Origin: Raillietiella orientalis
Taxonomy: Eukaryota
Assembly (NCBI GenBank): GCA_036172245.1
Contig: JAYWIR010000081.1
Coordinates: forward strand, 124,001 to 188,000
DNA length: 64,000 bases
Direction: 5' to 3'
Numbering within the stretch: position 1 is the stretch's first letter; every line of letters starts with the position of its first letter. Of this stretch, positions 59,301-64,000 are shown piece after piece. The position numbers and the translations under genes were made by a program. The notes beneath the pieces are model-generated. The model was given only the letters and a program-made list of their open reading frames with translations. It was not told the origin of the DNA and searched no databases.

Positions 59301-61382
59301 TATCGCGCGCAACTAGTAGCAGCTTGAAGAGCCCTTTGCGGCGGATAGACGAACAGCGGCATGACCTTCTGCCGATTGCGTGCGCCAGTGCGGACGGACC
59401 GGAAAAGAAGCGGGAGCCTTGCCACTCGCAGTAGATTTGCACAAAGCATTCGACTGCGTAAACCAGGAACTCCTCTTGGAGCTCCTGGAGCGTCTTGGGC
59501 TTCCGAATCATCTTCTCCTGTACTTGCGCTCCTGCTAGCGCCACGCTATTATGAACTTGTATTTCAGTGGCACACGCGTGTACGGAGTGGCCGTGCGCAG
59601 AGGCATCAGATAGGGCGACAGCTTAAACCCGTTGCTCTTCAGCATCTACTTTGAGTTGGTGCTAGAAGCGTACAGGCTGACGCTGGTCGTCCTGCCCAGC
59701 GCCTCTCCGTGCACTCCGTCCGCGGCAGCATACGCCGACGACCTTCTGCTTGGGTTGCCCATGTCTACTCCGCCGGACTCGGTCCAAGACTTTTTCGAGC
59801 TGATCCGTCGTAAAGCGGGCATGATCGTTAACAGGGCGAAGTGCTCCGTCGTGCCGGTGGGTGCGTTGTGGGAGGGACAGGCCGACTGGATCCGCCTGGG
59901 GATCCCCACGGTCAGGTACTTCAAGTACCTTGGCGTACCGTTAGGCGACTTCTGCTCGTCTGAGTCGTCGTCGGCCTGTCTTCAAGAAGCAGAGATGGCT
60001 CTAGGCCCGTTCCTGGAAGGCAAGTTCGTCTTGCCGGAAAGGGCTTGCATTTGGAACACCTTCCTTGCCTCCCTCCTCCGCCCATTATTTTTTGTTTGCC
60101 CGCCTCCCTATGTGGTTAAACTCCGGGCGCAGCGTCTCCCACGTAAGGTCTTGTGGGGCTCTGCGCGATCCAGGGTTCGCCTCAAAGATTTGGTCGCGTC
60201 ATGCCAGGACTCAGGCCTGATCATCCTGACCATCCAGAAGATTGGACTGCAAGTGCAGTTCCGGCTTCTATCCCTATGTGGGAAATTGTGGTCTAGTCAC
60301 TGGTGTGCTCCGGATCGCCATATTCTCCAGCGATGTGTCGGCAGTGCAGGATTGCTTTCGTTGCTGCCGCGCAACCTTCGCCGGAGAACTGGATTTGGCT
60401 ACCCACTGAGGCACTTGTCCTCGTTGCTGTTAGCCCATTCCTGGATTTCGTGCCGCCCCTCCAATTGGAATGCTTGGCAGCAGGAAGCTCTGGAGCACTG
60501 GACGTCAACTTTGGATGTGCGCTCAGAGCAACTGCGACTTTTACAGGGCCTCTTAATCAAACCGCTAGGAGTGATCCTACAGAACTGGTCGCTCATCGCC
60601 GCAGCGCTGTCTGCTCTCAGGGCAAACAACGACAGTAGCCAACCGGCAAGGTGCGAGTTCTTCTGTAGCATTGCAGGAGTGGGAACACTGCTGAGCGTGT
60701 GCAGAACGAGCGTGTTGGTAGACGCTGCCACTCCTCGTTACCTGGCAAAGGGACTTCTTCGTTGGAGTGAGGTTCTTGGATTACTACCCGAAGATCTCGT
60801 TGTCCTTTCCTTGTGTGTGGACATCTCCGTGTTTCCGCTTCGATGGAAACAGGATGTTCTTCTTTTTCTGCACTAGGGATTCCAGTGCAATAAGCGTAGA
60901 AACTTGGTTAGAAGGGAAGTCGTCTCCCCGAACTGTCTCAGCTGGGGGGCGATAGAATCGCTTACGCACCTGCTCCTTGAGTGTAGTGACTTGCGGGAGT
61001 TATGGCGGAGACTTGCTTCGCAGCTTCGTCGTCCTCAGCACACTGCCACAGACTTGCTTCGACGCTTCTTCAGCAAAGACGGACTGGATAAAGGCGCTGT
61101 TATCGCAACAATCTCTTGTATCCGCGCCATCGTGATCGCCCGCCGTAAAGTAGAAGGCAGCTCGCAGCAAACGGACGCCGCCAGAATCGCTGCGCATCTT
61201 ATGGAAGCAGCTGTCAGGTGGCCTCATCTGCCCAGAAAAGTCACCAAGGAAGTCGCCATTGTCAAACAGCGCTTCTAGAAAGATTAGGAACATTTACCAC
61301 CAAAGATCCCTAACCTCACCCTCCACTGTTTTTTTTTTGTTTGTTCTCTTATGTTTTGTTTATTTTGTAACCCTCGCCCTCC
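56321..61382 (+). mobile_element. Family H element, 3' part (ORF1 knuckles, decayed ORF2 57739-61278, truncated 3' UTR)
   Basis: Resumes AGQTRVCAECG; TAATG 57737-57741; WNVNG, NVYAP, GDFN, SDH, DLHKAFD, YADD, KYLG. Confidence 0.92.
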
Positions 61383-62403
61383 GTACGGCCTAGGTCGTGG
61401 GCGCGGGTGGCACAGACTTCGCGGCAGCTTTCGCCGCCATCCTTTTCTGCAGAAGGCGGGCGCGTTTTTTAAGCTTTTTCTTGGAAACCACCCGCACTGC
61501 TGCTTTTGGGCACACCTTCCTCGTGTGACTTTTTGTGCCGCATACTTGGCAGTGCACGTTGGGACACCTCTTTTTGAGGTAGCCCGACGTATTGCAGAAG
61601 CCACAGTTTTCGGCTTCCCCACATACCAGAGGTCGACGGTTTCGCCTTGGACCACCAATTTGCGGGGAAGAGTGCAGCCCACCCGAACGGTCACGCGCGC
61701 AGCCATGACGCCTTGTTGCAGCCCCGTGTAGTCTTCGAAAAAACTAACTTTCGTCCACTGCGCGTGGACCGTTCCAAATTGTTCCAGAGCGGCGCGAAGC
61801 TGTTCTTCGCGCATTCGCGCGGTTACGCCTAACATGTGGACCACCATGCTGCGGTCCGCCGTAGTGGGGAGGAGCCTGCGCGTCCTCATCACAACGGGGT
61901 TTTAAGCAGTCGTTGGGCCAGCTCTGCATGTTTGCAGATGACCTCAACGTACTGACCTTCGCTTCGGATGGTCATAGCGCTGAGCTCCTCCTCTTTCGCA
62001 TCGAGAGCGCGCATGACCTTCGAAAAGGCGCGCTTCTCTCTAAAGAATAGAGATTGCCTACCTTGTAGAACAATGAGGGGTTATACCCCTACTCAACATA
62101 GGCCGACAATTCCGCCGCGGCTGCAGGCGATGGCGCCGACACAACGGCGCTCCACGCCCGTGCCGCAGCGGGGACCGATTCTGTGGGTCCGGATGCCCCA
62201 CCTCCATCGCCAGTGGGGGCGAAGTTGCCGCCGCCCCCTGGCTCTCCATCGCCTCTGGAGGCGGCGTTGCCTCTGTCCCCTGGCCATCCCTGGTGGTCTC
62301 GTCAGTCATCGCTTCCTGATCGACTACCGAACGACACGACGCTTGCACTGGGGGACACTTCCTGGCACGAGGAGCACCAAGAAAACACATCCACCCTGGA
62401 GCA
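61383..62403 (-). mobile_element. Family C copy: 5' UTR and ORF1; 3' part lost
   Basis: Colinear with 11987-13010; 5' end TGCTCCAGGGTGGATGTGTTT. Confidence 0.9.
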
Positions 62404-63458
62404 CGCAAGGCGGTCGACTTCGTGGACCAGGAGCTTTTGTTGGAGCTCCTGGGTCGCATGGGCTTCCCACCCTTCCTACTAACCTACCTTCGCTCTTGCT
62501 GGCGCAACGCTATAATCAACGTCTCTTTCAGTAGTTAACAAGTGTACGGCGTGCCGGTGCGACGGGGCATCAGGCAGGGCGATAGCCTTAGTCCCCTGCT
62601 CTTCAGCTCCTACTTCCAGTTTGTGCTGAGAGCATACAGGGTGACTTTGGCTGCTTTGCCGAGCTCGTGCCCCGGCACGCACGCCGTAGCGGCTTACGCC
62701 GATGATCTTCTGCTCCTTTGGCCCATGTTCGCCCCGGTAACCGCAGTCGAGGACTTCTTCGACCTGTTAAGTCGTGGGACTGGACTACGGGTAAATAAGG
62801 CAAGGTCATCGGTGGTAGCGGCTGGTGCGACGTGGGTCGGACGGCCTGACTGGATCCGTTTGTGGATCCCCATGGCGAGGTGCTTGAAGTTCCTTGGTGT
62901 GCCGTTGGGGGACTATTCCCCTTAGGAAGCGTGGTCGGGACGTCTCCGGAAAGTAGAGTTGGAGATCGTCCCGTTCTTGGAAGACAGGTTTCTCCTTCCG
63001 GAACGGTCCGCGGTGTGAAACGCGTTCGCGGCTTCCATCCTCCAGCCCCTGCTTTTTGTTTGCCCCGTCCCGCTGCAGTTGACGAAACGGACGAAGGACC
63101 TGCAAATGATCGCCCTTTGGGGAAGAGGGAGGCCCTGACTCCCGTTGATGAACTTGTGTGCTCCGCGTCGGGATGGCGGTCTCGGTCTCTTGACGCTGGA
63201 GAGAGTGGAGTCTCAGCTGCGATTACGTACCCTGGCCATCGCAGCGAAGTTATGGAGCACCCCTAGGTGCATTCAGACCCGCCTTCTAGCCAGCCGTGTG
63301 TCCCGCTGCGATGGACTCGCATCTTTTCTTCTGCGCCCAGGCCAGAAGATAAGAAGATGCGGCCTACAGCTCGGGCGCGTGGCAACATTGGTCAAGGAGA
63401 ACGTCTGGATGGCATGCAGTTCCGCCAACTCCTCCGCATGGCTGGAATAATCTGTCTG
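62404..63458 (+). mobile_element. Element fragment P: RT from RKAVDFVDQ onward
   Basis: GIRQGDSLSP, YADD, KFLGVP, DGGLG. Confidence 0.88.
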
Positions 63459-63519
63459 AATTAAAGTCCCCAGCGATCAGGTGTGCCTTCCGCACGTTCG
63501 TATCGGCCAGCCATTCGCG

Positions 63520-64000
63520 CTCTTTTGTCGTTCAATTGTGCGACATCGAACCGGAAATCTCCGACCGCGATGTTGTAAGCGTGCTGGCGAAGTTCGCCAA
63601 AGTGCACGCCCTGTAGAGGATGCCGAACCCTTTGAAGGATTCCTCCTTTGTCCACATCGGACAAGCCTCCGCTCGGATCACCGTCGCGAACAGGCGTGTT
63701 GTGCCTGAGCAGCTGCAGTTGAACGGCACGGTCGTTCATCTGTGATTTATAGACCAAACTCGCGCGTGCAAGCAGTGAGGCAAGAATGGGCTCCGAATTA
63801 AAGAGTGCCCCTCTCCTAGATGCCGTTATTGCAAAGATTCCGGGCACGAAATCAAAAAATGCTCGGTACTTGCACGAAAAAGAGCCGCATCGGAAATTCG
63901 TCGGGTTGAAGAGACCACTGCACGAAAAGCCGCAGCGGCAAATAAAAAAAGTCGTCGGCAAAAACTCGGAAAAAACAACGAGCGATCCACGGATGAAAAG
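63520..64000 (+). mobile_element. Family B1 ORF1 fragment, decayed, running off the window
   Basis: Reverse complement closely matches ~4795-5272 (FVVQLCDIEPEISDRDVVSVL...). Confidence 0.88.

Noticed and set aside
1..64000. Hundreds of short or antisense ORFs in the ORF track (e.g. 45134-46123, 50241-51170, 17587-18339)
   Set aside because: Shadow frames of GC-rich retrotransposon ORFs with no independent motifs.
1..64000. Naming the host organism
   Set aside because: No host gene or RNA gene is present; the sequence supports only a eukaryote with probable exposure to intracellular bacteria.

Overview
The window is a GC-rich, eukaryotic-type nest of apurinic-endonuclease (APE) non-LTR retrotransposons (L1/Tx1-like architecture). 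ORF1 has paired CCHC zinc knuckles; ORF2 has APE + RT + C-terminal zinc finger. About 25 pieces from at least ten related families are present, nearly all decayed, and I found no host gene. Family letters below are my own labels. Reading element ends and target-site duplications (TSDs) resolves the nesting and shows the following. (1) Family C is inserted at the same nucleotide, always antisense, in the codons of the conserved RT motif (H/R)KAFD of other retrotransposon families (four 5' and two 3' junctions, one perfect 14-bp TSD), which suggests a site-specific retrotransposon that targets other retrotransposons. (2) Other families also sit in conserved ORF2 motifs (GDFN, LPxGFGE), most insertions are antisense, and the guest-host relations close into a cycle. 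(3) The families share a GACGTG 5' motif, overlapping TAATG/TGATG stop-start codons, and an AATAAA + CCCGG-loop-CCGGG 3' terminal hairpin in place of a long poly(A). (4) A 2.2-kb AT-rich mosaic of bacterial-like fragments (IS481 transposase, toprim/Tra-like piece) lies inside a near-perfect 14-bp TSD together with a family F element, which suggests retrotransposon-mediated mobilisation of endosymbiont-like DNA. Boundaries without TSD support are approximate.
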